DNA of 60,275 bases, from positions 1 through 60,275 of the forward strand of contig WAOD01000062.1 in assembly GCA_015521465.1 (NCBI GenBank), written 5' to 3'. Positions 28,171 to 42,105 of this stretch are shown here, piece by piece (position 1 is the stretch's first letter; every line of letters begins with the position of its first letter). The notes beneath the pieces were generated by a model. The model saw nothing but the letters and a program-made list of their open reading frames with translations. It was not told the origin of the DNA and ran no database searches. Both the position numbers and the translations under genes were made by a program. Source of the DNA: DHVE2 group archaeon. Its GTDB lineage: Archaea; Thermoplasmatota; Thermoplasmata; Thermoplasmatales; Aciduliprofundaceae.

Positions 28171-29712
28171 ATGTATATAATAAAACCCTCTGATTTAAAG
28201 GAAGGGCTACCTAAGGAGACAAAATCTCTCTGCCCAGTGTGTAGCAAGGTAATTCCAGCGACCATATACGAGGAAGATGGTAAAATTTGGTACAAGAAAA
28301 CATGCCCGGAGCATGGCGAGTTCAAGGATATTTATTATGGAGATGCTGAGGTTTGGCACTGGATGGAAAAGTGGGGGACCATTCTTGATGGAATTGGACC
28401 AGAGTATCCTAAGATATTCAACGGTTTTTCTGATCACCATTATTCTTTGACTGCACTGGCGAATCTTGATCTTACCAATAGGTGCAATCTGAGATGTCCC
28501 ATATGTTTTGCAAATGCCAACGCTGCAGGTTACGTTTACGAGCCTGATTTTGACACAGTTGTTAAGATGATGAAGCTGCTAAGGGATGAAAAGCCAGTGC
28601 CTACACCTGCCATACAGTTTGCAGGCGGTGAGCCGACCATTTATCCGCGTTTCTTCGATGTTATTCGCAAGGCAAATGAGTTAGGTTTTCCACAGGTTCA
28701 GGTTGCTACTAATGGTATATTGATTGCCAATCAGAAAGACTTTGCCCAGAAGATGGCAGATGCAGGCATGCATACTGTTTATCTTCAATTTGACGGTTTT
28801 AAGGAAGAAACTTACATTACTGCAAGGGGTGTGAATTTGCTGCCCCTGAAGATGAAGGCAATAGAAAATCTCAGGAATGTCAAGCCAAAACCCCTCGCAA
28901 CTGTTTTAGTGCCCGTTGTGGTCAAGGGTGTAAATGATGATGAGGTTGGTAAAATAGTTGAGTTTGGTCTTCAAAATTTAGATGTGATTAGGGCAGTTAA
29001 TTTTCAGCCAGTTGCTCTAACCGGTCGCATTCCACAGGGCGAAATACTGAAGATGAGGTACACCACCGGTGACCTGATTCGCGATTTGCACGAGCAGACA
29101 GATTTCATAGAAAAGAAGGATTTCTTCCCCATACCTGTTGCTGCTCTGTTTGCAGAGTTGGCTGCCCAGATCTTCCACAAACCCGAACCTGCATTTACCA
29201 CGCATCCTGCTTGCGGTGCGGCCACGTACGTATTCCATGACTATGAAAAGGACAAGAACATACCCATTACCCGTTTCATAGATGTAGCTGGTTTGCTGGA
29301 AGCATTAAAGGACCCTGTATTCAACGAGGATTTCGAAAAGCGTGGTAAGTTGAGGAATGTCCTTATGCTTTACAAGCTGCTTAAGAAACACTACGATCCT
29401 AAATACGCACCCACGGGATTCAAGCTTAAAGAGATACTATCTGTATTTGAGCAGGGAACCAAGGATTCTCTGGGCAAGCTTCACTGGGATTCAATGTTCA
29501 TAGGCGCCATGCACTTCCAGGACCACTGGAATTACGATATTGCTCGTGTGGTGCGTTGTGTAATACATTACGTCACTCCCGATATGAGGCTTATTCCGTT
29601 CTGCTCATACAATTCAGGACCGACATTCAGAACGGAGGTTGAAAAGAAGTTTTCGGTATCGCTTGAAGAATATAGAAAGAAACACGGCAATGTGGTAGGA
29701 GTAGAGGGATAA
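28171..29712 (+). CDS. tes: Tetraether lipid synthase (Tes/GDGT-MAS-type radical SAM enzyme)
   Basis: N-terminal SLCPVC..KTCPEHG metal site, CNLRCPICFANA, FAGGEPT, YLQFDG, NFQPV, HPACG, RCVIHY..IPFC; adjacent to GGR. Confidence 0.88.
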   Translation: MYIIKPSDLKEGLPKETKSLCPVCSKVIPATIYEEDGKIWYKKTCPEHGEFKDIYYGDAEVWHWMEKWGTILDGIGPEYPKIFNGFSDHHYSLTALANLDLTNRCNLRCPICFANANAAGYVYEPDFDTVVKMMKLLRDEKPVPTPAIQFAGGEPTIYPRFFDVIRKANELGFPQVQVATNGILIANQKDFAQKMADAGMHTVYLQFDGFKEETYITARGVNLLPLKMKAIENLRNVKPKPLATVLVPVVVKGVNDDEVGKIVEFGLQNLDVIRAVNFQPVALTGRIPQGEILKMRYTTGDLIRDLHEQTDFIEKKDFFPIPVAALFAELAAQIFHKPEPAFTTHPACGAATYVFHDYEKDKNIPITRFIDVAGLLEALKDPVFNEDFEKRGKLRNVLMLYKLLKKHYDPKYAPTGFKLKEILSVFEQGTKDSLGKLHWDSMFIGAMHFQDHWNYDIARVVRCVIHYVTPDMRLIPFCSYNSGPTFRTEVEKKFSVSLEEYRKKHGNVVGVEG

Positions 29713-29714
29713 AC

Positions 29715-29897
29715 ATGATGAAGGTAGACCCAGCTCTGTGTAATTACTGTGGGGCCTGCGTTGGCTCCTGCCCGGTGAATTGCATGTTCCTGGATGAAAC
29801 ACGTGTACTTATTGATGAGGATAAGTGCATAAAGTGCGGTTTCTGCATTCGCACCTGTCCTGTTGGCGCGATTTCTGCTGATTGGTGGTCAAAATGA
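29715..29897 (+). CDS. 2x[4Fe-4S] ferredoxin
   Basis: CNYCGACVGSCP and CIKCGFCIRTCP. Confidence 0.93.
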   Translation: MMKVDPALCNYCGACVGSCPVNCMFLDETRVLIDEDKCIKCGFCIRTCPVGAISADWWSK

Positions 29898-31081
29898 AGA
29901 GATACGAATATGATGTTTTAGTTATAGGTGCAGGTCCCGGGGGTTCTATGGCCGCCCGGTTTGCTGCCAAGAATGGAGCCAAGGTTCTTCTCATTGAAAA
30001 GAGGCCGGAGATAGGTGTTCCTGTGAGATGTGCAGAAGGCATATCCAGGGATTGGCTGGACATGGTGGACATTAAGGTGGATAAGCGGTGGATTGACCAG
30101 GAGATTGAAGGTGCAAGGATTTATTCACCCGATGAGGAAAGCGTGATAGAACTCTCTGCAGAGCAGGCAGGAAACGAGGTGGGTTTTGTTATAAACCGTG
30201 AGTACTTTGACAAGCATCTTGCATCCCTTGCGGTGGAAGAAGGCGCTGAGCTTTGGTTGAAAAGCCCCGCCGTAAAAATCATCAAAGAAGACGGATATGT
30301 GAAAGGTGCAATAGTAAGAAAATTTGGCGAGGAAGTGGAAGTTCGTGCCAAGATAGTGATTGCCGCAGATGGATACGAATCGCAGGTGGCGCGCTGGGCA
30401 GGCATAAACACAGTTTTAAGGGAAAGGGATATTGTGACTTGCATCGAGTACCGGATGACTGGCATAGATTTAGATGAGCGGTTCACCCATTTTTACATAG
30501 GCTCATGTGCACCGGGAGGGTATCTGTGGATATTCCCCAAGGGAAAGAACGAGGCGCACGTGGGTATTGGTGTGGCGCTTAACAAAATAAAAGAGCCGGG
30601 CGAGGTGAAGATGTACCTTGATAAGTTCATTGAAGAGCATCCCAATCTTAAAAAGGGAGGGCCCATTCAGATCATAACCGGTGCCGTTTCTGTTTGTCCA
30701 GTGCCAAAGAGGATAGTTGGTAATGGCATAATGCTTGTGGGTGATGCCGCGAGACTCATAGATCCCATAACTGGTGGTGGAATTGCCAACGCATCCATAT
30801 CTGGAATGTGGGCTGGTGAAGTGGCGGCGAAGTGCTTAAAAAATCCTGGAGAAGAGTGTTTGAGCGAGTATCAGGAGAAGGTAAAGAAAAAGTGGGAAAA
30901 GAAGCATCTTCGCAACTGGTTTGTGAAAGAAAAGCTTTCGGAGCTTGATGACGAAACGTTGAACAAGCTGATGGACGTGGTTTCAGAGGCTGATTTCAAG
31001 GAGATATCTGTCAGGGCAATCTTGGAAGCAGTGCAGGAAAAATATCCAGAATTGATTGAAGAGTTTGAAGACCTTCTCTGA
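29894..31081 (+). CDS. Digeranylgeranylglycerophospholipid reductase (geranylgeranyl reductase)
   Basis: GAGPGG, PVRCAEG, APGGYLWIFPKG, LVGDAA..DPITGGGI. Confidence 0.92.
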   Translation: MKRYEYDVLVIGAGPGGSMAARFAAKNGAKVLLIEKRPEIGVPVRCAEGISRDWLDMVDIKVDKRWIDQEIEGARIYSPDEESVIELSAEQAGNEVGFVINREYFDKHLASLAVEEGAELWLKSPAVKIIKEDGYVKGAIVRKFGEEVEVRAKIVIAADGYESQVARWAGINTVLRERDIVTCIEYRMTGIDLDERFTHFYIGSCAPGGYLWIFPKGKNEAHVGIGVALNKIKEPGEVKMYLDKFIEEHPNLKKGGPIQIITGAVSVCPVPKRIVGNGIMLVGDAARLIDPITGGGIANASISGMWAGEVAAKCLKNPGEECLSEYQEKVKKKWEKKHLRNWFVKEKLSELDDETLNKLMDVVSEADFKEISVRAILEAVQEKYPELIEEFEDLL

Positions 31082-31092
31082 TTCTTTCACTT

Positions 31093-33462
31093 TTATTTAA
31101 CCCTTGCAGCATTAATGACCTCGTCGTTGTTTTCCAGATTTATTAGTTTTACACCGTGTGCGTTTCTTCCCATTACGCGTATGTTTTTCACAGGAAATCT
31201 TATGCTCATGCCGTTTTTTGTAAGCACTATTACTTCCGAGTCATCATCCACCATGATGCTCTTTACCACGCTAGCATTACGCGTTTCAATGTTCTTCACC
31301 CCGAATCCCCCGCGTTTTATTTTGCGGTACTCGTCAATTATTGTTCTTTTTCCATGGCCGTCAGTGAGAATCGCAAACACATATTTTCCCTCTGAAGATA
31401 ATCCTGCGGAAACAACTTCGTCTCCATCTCTCAACCTTATGCCGTGAACTCCTCTTGCAGTTCTTCCCATTATTCTCACATCGTCCTCATCAAATCTTAT
31501 TGCTTGTCCGTATTTGGTGAAAATCATGACCTCGCTATCTCCGTTGGTTATCATCACATCTACAATTTCGTCATCTTCGTCGAAGTTTATTGCTCTCATT
31601 CCGTTGCTTCTTATGTTAGAAAATTCAGAGAGATAGGTTCTTTTAACTATACCTTTTTTGGTCACAAAGAAGAGTATGCCTTGGAAATCTTTAACCGAAA
31701 TCATTCTTATTACCGGGCTGTCTATTTTTGGTAATATATTCACTATGGCTCTCCCCTTTGACCTTCTGCTTCCCTCAGGTATTTCGTATGCCTTTGCGGA
31801 GAACACTTTTCCAGATGCTGTGAAAAATAACAGGTAATCATGCGTGTCTGCTTTGACCACGTCTCTTATTAAATCATCATCTCCGTAGGATATCATCAAT
31901 CCCTTGCCACCGCGATGCTGCACCTTGTATTCATCTAAGCTTATTCTCTTAACGTAGCCCCTTTCGGATATGATAACAACGTTTTCTCCTTGGGGTATAA
32001 GCTCTTCCAGTGTTCTTCTATCCACCTCGCCGTAAACTATTTCCGTGCGCCTTTTGTCTCCGTACTTGTTTTTAACGTCAATAAGCTCATCTTTTATTAC
32101 ATCGTACCTCATCTTTTCATCGCTTAGTAATTTTTCCAGGTATTCTATTTCTTCCTCCAATTTTTTAGCTTCCTCTTTCAAGGCGTTGATTTCCATTGAG
32201 GTGAGTTTCTGCAGGCGCATTTCAAGTATGGCCTTTGCCTGTATGTCTGAGAATCCCATGTTTACCAGGTTTGCGTGTGCTTCTTTCACGTCCTTTGAAG
32301 CTTTAATTGTTGCTATAACCTCGTCAATTATGCTAAGCGCCCTTATGAGCCCGTCCAGTATGTGTTTCCTCTCTTTATCTTTTTCAAGCCTGAATTTGGA
32401 TTTTCTGATTAACACGGACATCCTATGATTTATGTACTCCCTCATTAATTCTTTTAAATTCAGCACTTTTGGTACTCCATCCACCAGCACCAGATTTATT
32501 ATTCCGTAAGTTACCTCAAGGTCAGTGTGCTCCATTAATTGATTCACGACAACCTCTGGATTAAAGTCTCTTTTTACTTTTATAACTATTCTTATTCCGT
32601 CTCTATCGCTTTCGTCCTTCAGGTCGGATATGCCATTGAGCTTTCCATCTCTAACCAATGCTGCAATTTTCTTGAGTATGTTGCTCTTGTTCAACCCGTA
32701 CGGAATTTCGTTTATTATTATGCTCTTGTCTTTTATTTCGTACTTTGCAGATATTTTTATTTTTCCCCTTCCGGTGGTATATGCTTCCACCAATCCGCCA
32801 TAGCCGGTAACCTTCCCGCCAGTGGGGAAATCTGGGCCCTTTACAAATTTTAGCAAGTCGTTAATTGCCGCATCTGGATTATCTATGAGATACACCATAG
32901 CATCTACAATCTCGCTTAGATTGTGGGGGGGCATGTTCGTGGCCATGCCAACTGCTATTCCGCTGGAGCCGTTAATTAAGAGGTTGGGGACCCTTGAGGG
33001 TAGAACCAAGGGCTCTTTAAGCGTGCCGTCAAAATTCGGCATGAAATCCACGGTTTCCATGTCTATGTCTTGAAGCATCTCCTCTGCAATTTTTGATAAC
33101 CTTGCCTCCGTGTACCTCATTGCAGCAGGGGCATCCCCATCAATAGAGCCAAAATTACCTTGGCCATCGACCAGAAGATATCTCATTGAGAAGTCCTGTG
33201 CCATTCTGGCAAGGGTGTTGTAAATTGCCTGATCTCCGTGTGGATGGTACTTACCCATAACCTCTCCTACAATTCTCGCGCTTTTCTTGTATGGTTTATT
33301 GTGATGCAAACCCAGTTGATACATTCCATACAAAATCCTGCGATGCACGGGCTTTAACCCGTCTCTAACATCGGGTATTGCTCTTGATACAATAACGCTC
33401 ATGGCGTAGTCTAAATATGAATTTTTCATTTCCTCGTCAATTGGACGCTCTTTAATATCCAT
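31093..33462 (-). CDS. gyrA: DNA gyrase subunit A
   Basis: [19 protein letters not shown], catalytic AAMRYTE, GyrA-box QHRGGKG, beta-pinwheel repeats. Confidence 0.96.
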   Translation of the reverse strand: MDIKERPIDEEMKNSYLDYAMSVIVSRAIPDVRDGLKPVHRRILYGMYQLGLHHNKPYKKSARIVGEVMGKYHPHGDQAIYNTLARMAQDFSMRYLLVDGQGNFGSIDGDAPAAMRYTEARLSKIAEEMLQDIDMETVDFMPNFDGTLKEPLVLPSRVPNLLINGSSGIAVGMATNMPPHNLSEIVDAMVYLIDNPDAAINDLLKFVKGPDFPTGGKVTGYGGLVEAYTTGRGKIKISAKYEIKDKSIIINEIPYGLNKSNILKKIAALVRDGKLNGISDLKDESDRDGIRIVIKVKRDFNPEVVVNQLMEHTDLEVTYGIINLVLVDGVPKVLNLKELMREYINHRMSVLIRKSKFRLEKDKERKHILDGLIRALSIIDEVIATIKASKDVKEAHANLVNMGFSDIQAKAILEMRLQKLTSMEINALKEEAKKLEEEIEYLEKLLSDEKMRYDVIKDELIDVKNKYGDKRRTEIVYGEVDRRTLEELIPQGENVVIISERGYVKRISLDEYKVQHRGGKGLMISYGDDDLIRDVVKADTHDYLLFFTASGKVFSAKAYEIPEGSRRSKGRAIVNILPKIDSPVIRMISVKDFQGILFFVTKKGIVKRTYLSEFSNIRSNGMRAINFDEDDEIVDVMITNGDSEVMIFTKYGQAIRFDEDDVRIMGRTARGVHGIRLRDGDEVVSAGLSSEGKYVFAILTDGHGKRTIIDEYRKIKRGGFGVKNIETRNASVVKSIMVDDDSEVIVLTKNGMSIRFPVKNIRVMGRNAHGVKLINLENNDEVINAARVK

Positions 33463-33505
33463 ATCCTTGGAGAAGGAAGGATGTTATATATCCCTTTTCC
33501 TGTAA

Positions 33506-36500
33506 TTAATTCTGTTTTTTTGCATCTTTTATTGAATTTGGCAGATTTATTATAAAAATGCTTCCCCTTGGCTTGTTATCTGCCACTTCTATCGTTCCCC
33601 CATGGAGCTCGATGATCTTTTTGACAATGGCCAACCCGAGCCCGGAGCCCCTCTTGGAAATCCTTTCAAATGCCTCGAAAATTATTTCTTTTTTCCCCTC
33701 AGAAATTCCTATACCGTCATCTGCTACCTTTATCTCTACATTTCCATTTTCAGAGTTTATTGTTACCATAACCACTTTTGCTCCATACTTGTATGCATTG
33801 TCCAGAAGATTTACGAAGACCTCTTCTATTATAGGATATGCGTCTATTTCAGTTTCTCCTTTTACTATGATCTTGCTTTTTGGATATTTATCTCTTATCA
33901 ATCCGTACGCTTTCTCCACAATTTCTCTAATGTTCATTCTTTCAATTTCCTGGTGTATTTTTTTCATGTCCAGCTTGGAGAACAGCCTTGCCCTCTCAAT
34001 TATTTTCACGCTGTTATCAAGGGCGTTTTTTATTTCATCTAAATACTCCTCTTTGCATTCATCTTTCAGAAGTTCGGTGTATCCCTCTATAACGGCAAGC
34101 GGGTTTTTAAGGTCATGGCTTACTATGTGGAGCATGAGTTCCTGTAAATTTTTTGAGGATTCCAGCTCTTTTTGATACAGAATGCTGTCGATAGTTGCTC
34201 CCATGTGGGATGCAAGCATGTCTATCATCATCTTCTCCTCGGTGGCAATTCCTTTTTCTGCAATTCTGCTCACCGTCATAACTGCATATACTTTTCCCCT
34301 GGCAATGATTGGAATCGCATAGGTGCTTTCTATTTTCCCGGTATTTTCAATATATTTTTCGTCGTAATATGATTTGGTCTTTTCCCATGCCAATTTTATG
34401 ATTTCCAGATTGTTGTTATTTTCCTCGGATTCCTTTGCATTCTCATTTCTTGTGGATTCAATATGATTTTCTCTCGTTTCTATTCTGACCCGGGCGAAAT
34501 GCAGTATGGAATTGATTCCGTTTGAAACTATTTTAAAAACCTCATCCACATTTTTTGCATTTTTGATTTCCCGGGCAATTCTCTCCAGTGCGATAATTGT
34601 ATCCTCTGTCTCTTTTATGTGCGTTATGTCTGTCACGCTACCCATTACCGCAATTTTTCCCTCCCAATCAATTTTGGACACCTTGACTTCGCACCAAATA
34701 GCATTGCCTCTTTTTGTTATTAGCTGTGCTATGTAGTTGTTTGGAGCAGGTAGATCTCTGAGTCTGCTGTCATAAAATACCAGTATCATTTTAACATAGT
34801 GCGGGTGTATGAATTTATCAACCCTTTCGCCTATTATCTCCACCAGCTCGTAACCTAACATCCTTGCCATTTCTCTATTGGCATATACGATTCTCTTGTC
34901 CTGAATTATGGCTATTCCCGTAGCAACATTTTCAAAAAGTATCTTGTATTTTTCTCGCTCATTTTTTATTCTCTCCTCCATCTTCTTTCTCTCGGTGATG
35001 TCCAATATAATTCCAACAGTTCCCACCACTTCTCCTTTTATGCTCTTGATTGGTGAGGCGTAAATGAGTACCTGTATAATTGTTCCATCTTTTTTCACAA
35101 ATTCCGATTCGTAAGAATCTGATATGGATGCGAGTCTCCTCTTTGTCCCTTCTTCTATGTCTTTAAACCCCTTTTCAGTGGTGAAATTTTTAAGATGCTT
35201 TCCAATCATTTCTTCTGGTTTGTAGCCGAGCATGTCTGCAAAATCTTCATTTACAAATTTGAACACCATATCTCTGTCCGTGGTAGCCATGCCCACTATA
35301 TTTGTGTTCACGATTGAGCTGTATAGCTCCTCCCTGACTTTTAGCTCTGCGTACATCTCAGCGTTTGCTATGACCATTGCGAAGTTATCCGAGACTATGC
35401 GGAGAATTCTCAGGTCCCGCTCCGTAAAAGCGTTATCTTCCTTGCTCTGCACACTTAACACGCCAAACGTTTTGCCGTGGTATTTCAGCGGGATACCGAC
35501 CCAAGAGTTCATCATGGTGCCAACTTTTCGTATGTCCGCTGGTAAATTTCCGTTGTTAACTTTCTTCACGTAAAGCTCTTTTTCATGAGTTGCAACCCAC
35601 CCTGCAAGGGTGTCTTTATCGTTAAATGGTATGCTGTGCTTTTCGTATTTTTTTCCCTCGCCCACAACGAACTCAACATTTATCTTTTCTTTTTTATCGT
35701 CTATTAGCGCCACTAAAAACGCGTCCATTTTTGGAAGTATTTTTTTAAGTTCCAGGTATGCTGTTTCAAATATACTCTCTAAGTCAAGGGTGCTGGATAT
35801 TTTGTTTAAAAATTTGTAAAGAAACGTAAGTTCATCTTTTTCCCTTTCAAGCTCTTTCTCTCTTTCTACTCTGCTTGTTATATCCCTTGCAACTACTATA
35901 AAATTCCATTTTTTTCCTATTTTCACTTTTCCTATGCTCAGTTCCACCGGCATTTCCTGCCCATCTTTATTTTTAGCTAAAATTGTTATTAACTTACTTT
36001 TCCTATCCCATTTATCGGTTTCTATGTCTTCAAAGAACACTTTTTTGTATTCATCTACAAATTGTTCGGGAATTATTTTCCACACTGTATTTCCTAGTAT
36101 CTCATTTTTTTTGAAACCGAATATTCTCTCTGCACTGCTATTCCAGCTGGTAATTTTTCCCGCATCGTTTATTACCATAACAGCGTCCTGTATTGCTTCC
36201 TCCAGCGTTTTTTCAATTCTTATCTCTTCCTCCAGTGCAATTTCAGTCTGGAGAGCTTCCGTGATGTCTATCAAATTCACTAAAATCGTGTTTTTGAACG
36301 GTCTTGCCAGTGCAGTAACCCAAATCCAGCCATCTTTTGCTTTTATTTGTGTTATCATGCTTTCCTCTATGCCCCCGTCTCTGACTCTTTTAAGGAGTTC
36401 CTTCATTTTATCTTTGTCTTTGCATGGCAGGTATTTTAGGAAGTTAGTTCCAACAACCTCTTTTTCTTCAATCTTCCCCTTTTTTAAAACCTCGCTGTTA

Positions 36501-36589
36501 ACTTCTATTATTCGAAAATCGTGGTCAAGTATGGCTATACCAACGAAAGCCACGTTGCAGGCGTCGCAGAGCATATTTTTATTTACCAT
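33506..36589 (-). CDS. Soluble multi-PAS/GAF sensor histidine kinase
   Basis: Several PAS domains ending DIT, GAF, H-box SHDLKNPL, NLLDNAYKY, DDGIG, GSGLGLAI. Confidence 0.92.
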   Translation of the reverse strand: MVNKNMLCDACNVAFVGIAILDHDFRIIEVNSEVLKKGKIEEKEVVGTNFLKYLPCKDKDKMKELLKRVRDGGIEESMITQIKAKDGWIWVTALARPFKNTILVNLIDITEALQTEIALEEEIRIEKTLEEAIQDAVMVINDAGKITSWNSSAERIFGFKKNEILGNTVWKIIPEQFVDEYKKVFFEDIETDKWDRKSKLITILAKNKDGQEMPVELSIGKVKIGKKWNFIVVARDITSRVEREKELEREKDELTFLYKFLNKISSTLDLESIFETAYLELKKILPKMDAFLVALIDDKKEKINVEFVVGEGKKYEKHSIPFNDKDTLAGWVATHEKELYVKKVNNGNLPADIRKVGTMMNSWVGIPLKYHGKTFGVLSVQSKEDNAFTERDLRILRIVSDNFAMVIANAEMYAELKVREELYSSIVNTNIVGMATTDRDMVFKFVNEDFADMLGYKPEEMIGKHLKNFTTEKGFKDIEEGTKRRLASISDSYESEFVKKDGTIIQVLIYASPIKSIKGEVVGTVGIILDITERKKMEERIKNEREKYKILFENVATGIAIIQDKRIVYANREMARMLGYELVEIIGERVDKFIHPHYVKMILVFYDSRLRDLPAPNNYIAQLITKRGNAIWCEVKVSKIDWEGKIAVMGSVTDITHIKETEDTIIALERIAREIKNAKNVDEVFKIVSNGINSILHFARVRIETRENHIESTRNENAKESEENNNNLEIIKLAWEKTKSYYDEKYIENTGKIESTYAIPIIARGKVYAVMTVSRIAEKGIATEEKMMIDMLASHMGATIDSILYQKELESSKNLQELMLHIVSHDLKNPLAVIEGYTELLKDECKEEYLDEIKNALDNSVKIIERARLFSKLDMKKIHQEIERMNIREIVEKAYGLIRDKYPKSKIIVKGETEIDAYPIIEEVFVNLLDNAYKYGAKVVMVTINSENGNVEIKVADDGIGISEGKKEIIFEAFERISKRGSGLGLAIVKKIIELHGGTIEVADNKPRGSIFIINLPNSIKDAKKQN

Positions 36590-36647
36590 TCATTTGGATA
36601 ACGATATGTGCTTTATTAACATTGCTCATAGGAGTATTTTTCCCAGG

Positions 36648-37160
36648 CTAAATGAAATCTTTCTCTTCACTCAGCACTTCCTCCCATGATTTACAACCTG
36701 AGTACGCTTCTAAGGGTTCTTTGTTCATAACGAAGAAATTTGGACCCCACTTGAATATGCTCATTATCTTTTTTGCCTGCTCCTTGTATCCTATTATGTA
36801 AAGCGTTGCAGCCAGGGCCTCCGCGCTGCTCAACTGCCCGGGATGTCCGTAATTCACGGGGTTAACTGGAACCAGGAACGGCAGGCGGCGAAAATTTCCA
36901 CGAAGGCTCCAAAATACCTCACGTGCGTGCTGCCAGGAGCAGTCCACCACGGTTATGCCTCTTCTTTCAGCTGTTCTCCTATCAGCGGGGGAAACAACTC
37001 TTCTGGTGAACGGGGATAGAATTATGCTCCCTGCGGGTATTTTGTATTTGTTTGAGGTAAGGTGTGCGAACCCGAACCTTGCCAGTTTCTTTGCCGTGCA
37101 TTTTTTGGGGTCATCCTGGTTAAGATGCAACACATGCAACCGGATTTCATCTTGGTCCAA
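36648..37160 (-). CDS. tsr3: 16S rRNA aminocarboxypropyltransferase Tsr3
   Basis: QDDPKKCTA, DCSW, NPVNYG..LSSAEA, FKWG. Confidence 0.93.
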   Translation of the reverse strand: MDQDEIRLHVLHLNQDDPKKCTAKKLARFGFAHLTSNKYKIPAGSIILSPFTRRVVSPADRRTAERRGITVVDCSWQHAREVFWSLRGNFRRLPFLVPVNPVNYGHPGQLSSAEALAATLYIIGYKEQAKKIMSIFKWGPNFFVMNKEPLEAYSGCKSWEEVLSEEKDFI

Positions 37161-37782
37161 ATATACCCCTCCCTATTCTCACTATATTTGCCCCCTCTTC
37201 CACGGCAATCTTCCAGGAGTCTGTCATTCCCATGGATAGATATTTAATGTTGTGTTTATCTTTTAAAGATTCAAAAATTTCGCGGGTGATTCTGAAATAC
37301 TTCCTTATTTCTTCCCCTTCCACTGCGGGTCCCATTGTCATTATACCTATTAACTCAAGATTATCCAGAGCATCTATTTCTTCGGCAAGCTTTTCTGCAT
37401 CTTCCGGAAAGATACCCGTTTTGTTCTCTTCTCTTCCAGAATTTATTTCTATCATAACCGGCATTTTTTTCTCCAATATACCGCATTTTCTGCTTAATTC
37501 CGTGGCTATTTTAATGGAATCTACGGATTCAATCACGTCAAAAATCTCGCATGCTTTTTTTACCTTATTCCTTTGTAAATGGCCTATGAGATGCCATTCT
37601 ACCTTCTCAGTTATATAATCTTTCTTTTTAGCCGCCTCCTGCACGTAATTCTCGCCAATTAGTCTGACTCCCGCGTTAATTGCCCTTTTGATTTCATCAA
37701 CGCTTCTTTTTTTGGTTGCAGCTAACAGGGCAACGTGAGGTGGCAGTTCTTTTAGCAATATTTTGATGTTTTCTTCAATCAT
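37147..37782 (-). CDS. yggS: PLP homeostasis protein (YggS/PROSC)
   Basis: LLAATK, GENYVQE, WHLIGHLQRNK, LSMGMTD, VRIGRGIFG. Confidence 0.93.
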   Translation of the reverse strand: MIEENIKILLKELPPHVALLAATKKRSVDEIKRAINAGVRLIGENYVQEAAKKKDYITEKVEWHLIGHLQRNKVKKACEIFDVIESVDSIKIATELSRKCGILEKKMPVMIEINSGREENKTGIFPEDAEKLAEEIDALDNLELIGIMTMGPAVEGEEIRKYFRITREIFESLKDKHNIKYLSMGMTDSWKIAVEEGANIVRIGRGIFGPR

Positions 37783-38143
37783 TGCCTTGTGAATCTGCAA
37801 ACTCCATTATCTTTTTTGCGGTTTCATCGCTTATCAGGTGTTCTATAACGCATGCATCTTTGTTTGCGATTTCTTCACTCACTCCCAGACTAATGAACAG
37901 CTTTTTAATCGCATTATGCTTTTTTTCCAGCTCTTTTGCCAGACGCAATCCCTTGTCTGTAAGGTCCACATTTCTGTATTTTTCGTATTTGACGTATCCC
38001 TCCTTTGATAGTTTCTGTAGCATTTCTGTTATACTGGAAGGTTTCACGTTCATGTATCTTGCCAGGTCAATTGCTCTTATGTACCCCTTCTTTTTTTTGA
38101 GCTCGTACATCCTCTCAATGTATGTTTCTCGTATTTCTTTCAC
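37775..38143 (-). CDS. DtxR/MntR-family metal-dependent transcriptional regulator
   Basis: ETY..Y, DLARYMNVKPSSITEML.KL, LT.KG, DACVIEH. Confidence 0.9.
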   Translation of the reverse strand: MKEIRETYIERMYELKKKKGYIRAIDLARYMNVKPSSITEMLQKLSKEGYVKYEKYRNVDLTDKGLRLAKELEKKHNAIKKLFISLGVSEEIANKDACVIEHLISDETAKKIMEFADSQGND

Positions 38144-38161
38144 AGTACCTAAATTATTTAG

Positions 38162-41301
<3,140 letters not shown>

Positions 41302-41396
41302 CTGCTTACATATGCTTTTGCATGTATAAAAATGTTCTGCAAATACTGTGGAGACGATATGGAAAGTATTATTAACTTCTAAAACTTTAATACAGT

Positions 41397-42041
41397 GTGA
41401 GCCTGAAATCCGAGGCATTAAGAAAAACGCTTCATCTTGGTGGTTTGCTCATTCCTGGGTCATATTTCTATTTTGGAAAGGAAATCACACTCTTGCTCAC
41501 AGCCATCTTTTTAGTGGCATTTTTTATGATTGAACCTTACAGGATTTCTCGGGATACCACGCAGAAAATTATAGAGGGAATCAGACCTCTCTTCAACGAA
41601 GAAGTTTTCAAGGTTATTAGCAAAGGGTTTGAGATGGTAGATAGCAAAATCAGGGAGATTACCCGGGCCGAAGAGGAAAATTGCATAGGTGCGCATATCT
41701 ATTTTACAGTTGCGGCCATGATTAACATAATGTTCTTCCCTAAAGAAATTGCAATGGCGACGATAATTGTGGCAACCATAAGCGATGCTCTTGCAGCCAT
41801 CGTTGGAAAGAGCCTCGGGAAGCACAGATTCAAAAATTCCAAGAGTCTGGAAGGGAGTCTGGCGTTTTTCTTTTCCGCCTTTGCTATATTCATATTCTTT
41901 GTGCCCTTGCCTTATGCAATTTTGGGCTCGGTGGTTGGCACCGTGGTGGAGTTTTTCAATGTGCCTCCAAATGACAATTTTTCTAATCAGCTTGCGATGT
42001 CATTTTTTATGTATCTTCCGATTATTCTGCTTGAAATGTAG
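41397..42041 (+). CDS. Dolichol/phytol kinase-like polyprenol kinase (CTP_transf_1 family)
   Basis: RKTLH, SDALAAIVGK..G, KSLEGSLA, NDN. Confidence 0.82.
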   Translation: MSLKSEALRKTLHLGGLLIPGSYFYFGKEITLLLTAIFLVAFFMIEPYRISRDTTQKIIEGIRPLFNEEVFKVISKGFEMVDSKIREITRAEEENCIGAHIYFTVAAMINIMFFPKEIAMATIIVATISDALAAIVGKSLGKHRFKNSKSLEGSLAFFFSAFAIFIFFVPLPYAILGSVVGTVVEFFNVPPNDNFSNQLAMSFFMYLPIILLEM

Positions 42042-42105
42042 CTTTTTCTGAGGAATAATATCGAATTATGAAAAGTATTAAATCCTTGATTTCCATATTG
42101 TAAAT

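Noticed and set aside
28171..29712. MoaA or generic radical SAM annotation
   Set aside because: The N-terminal CxxC..CxxH site, C-terminal cluster motifs and GGR linkage fit Tes better.
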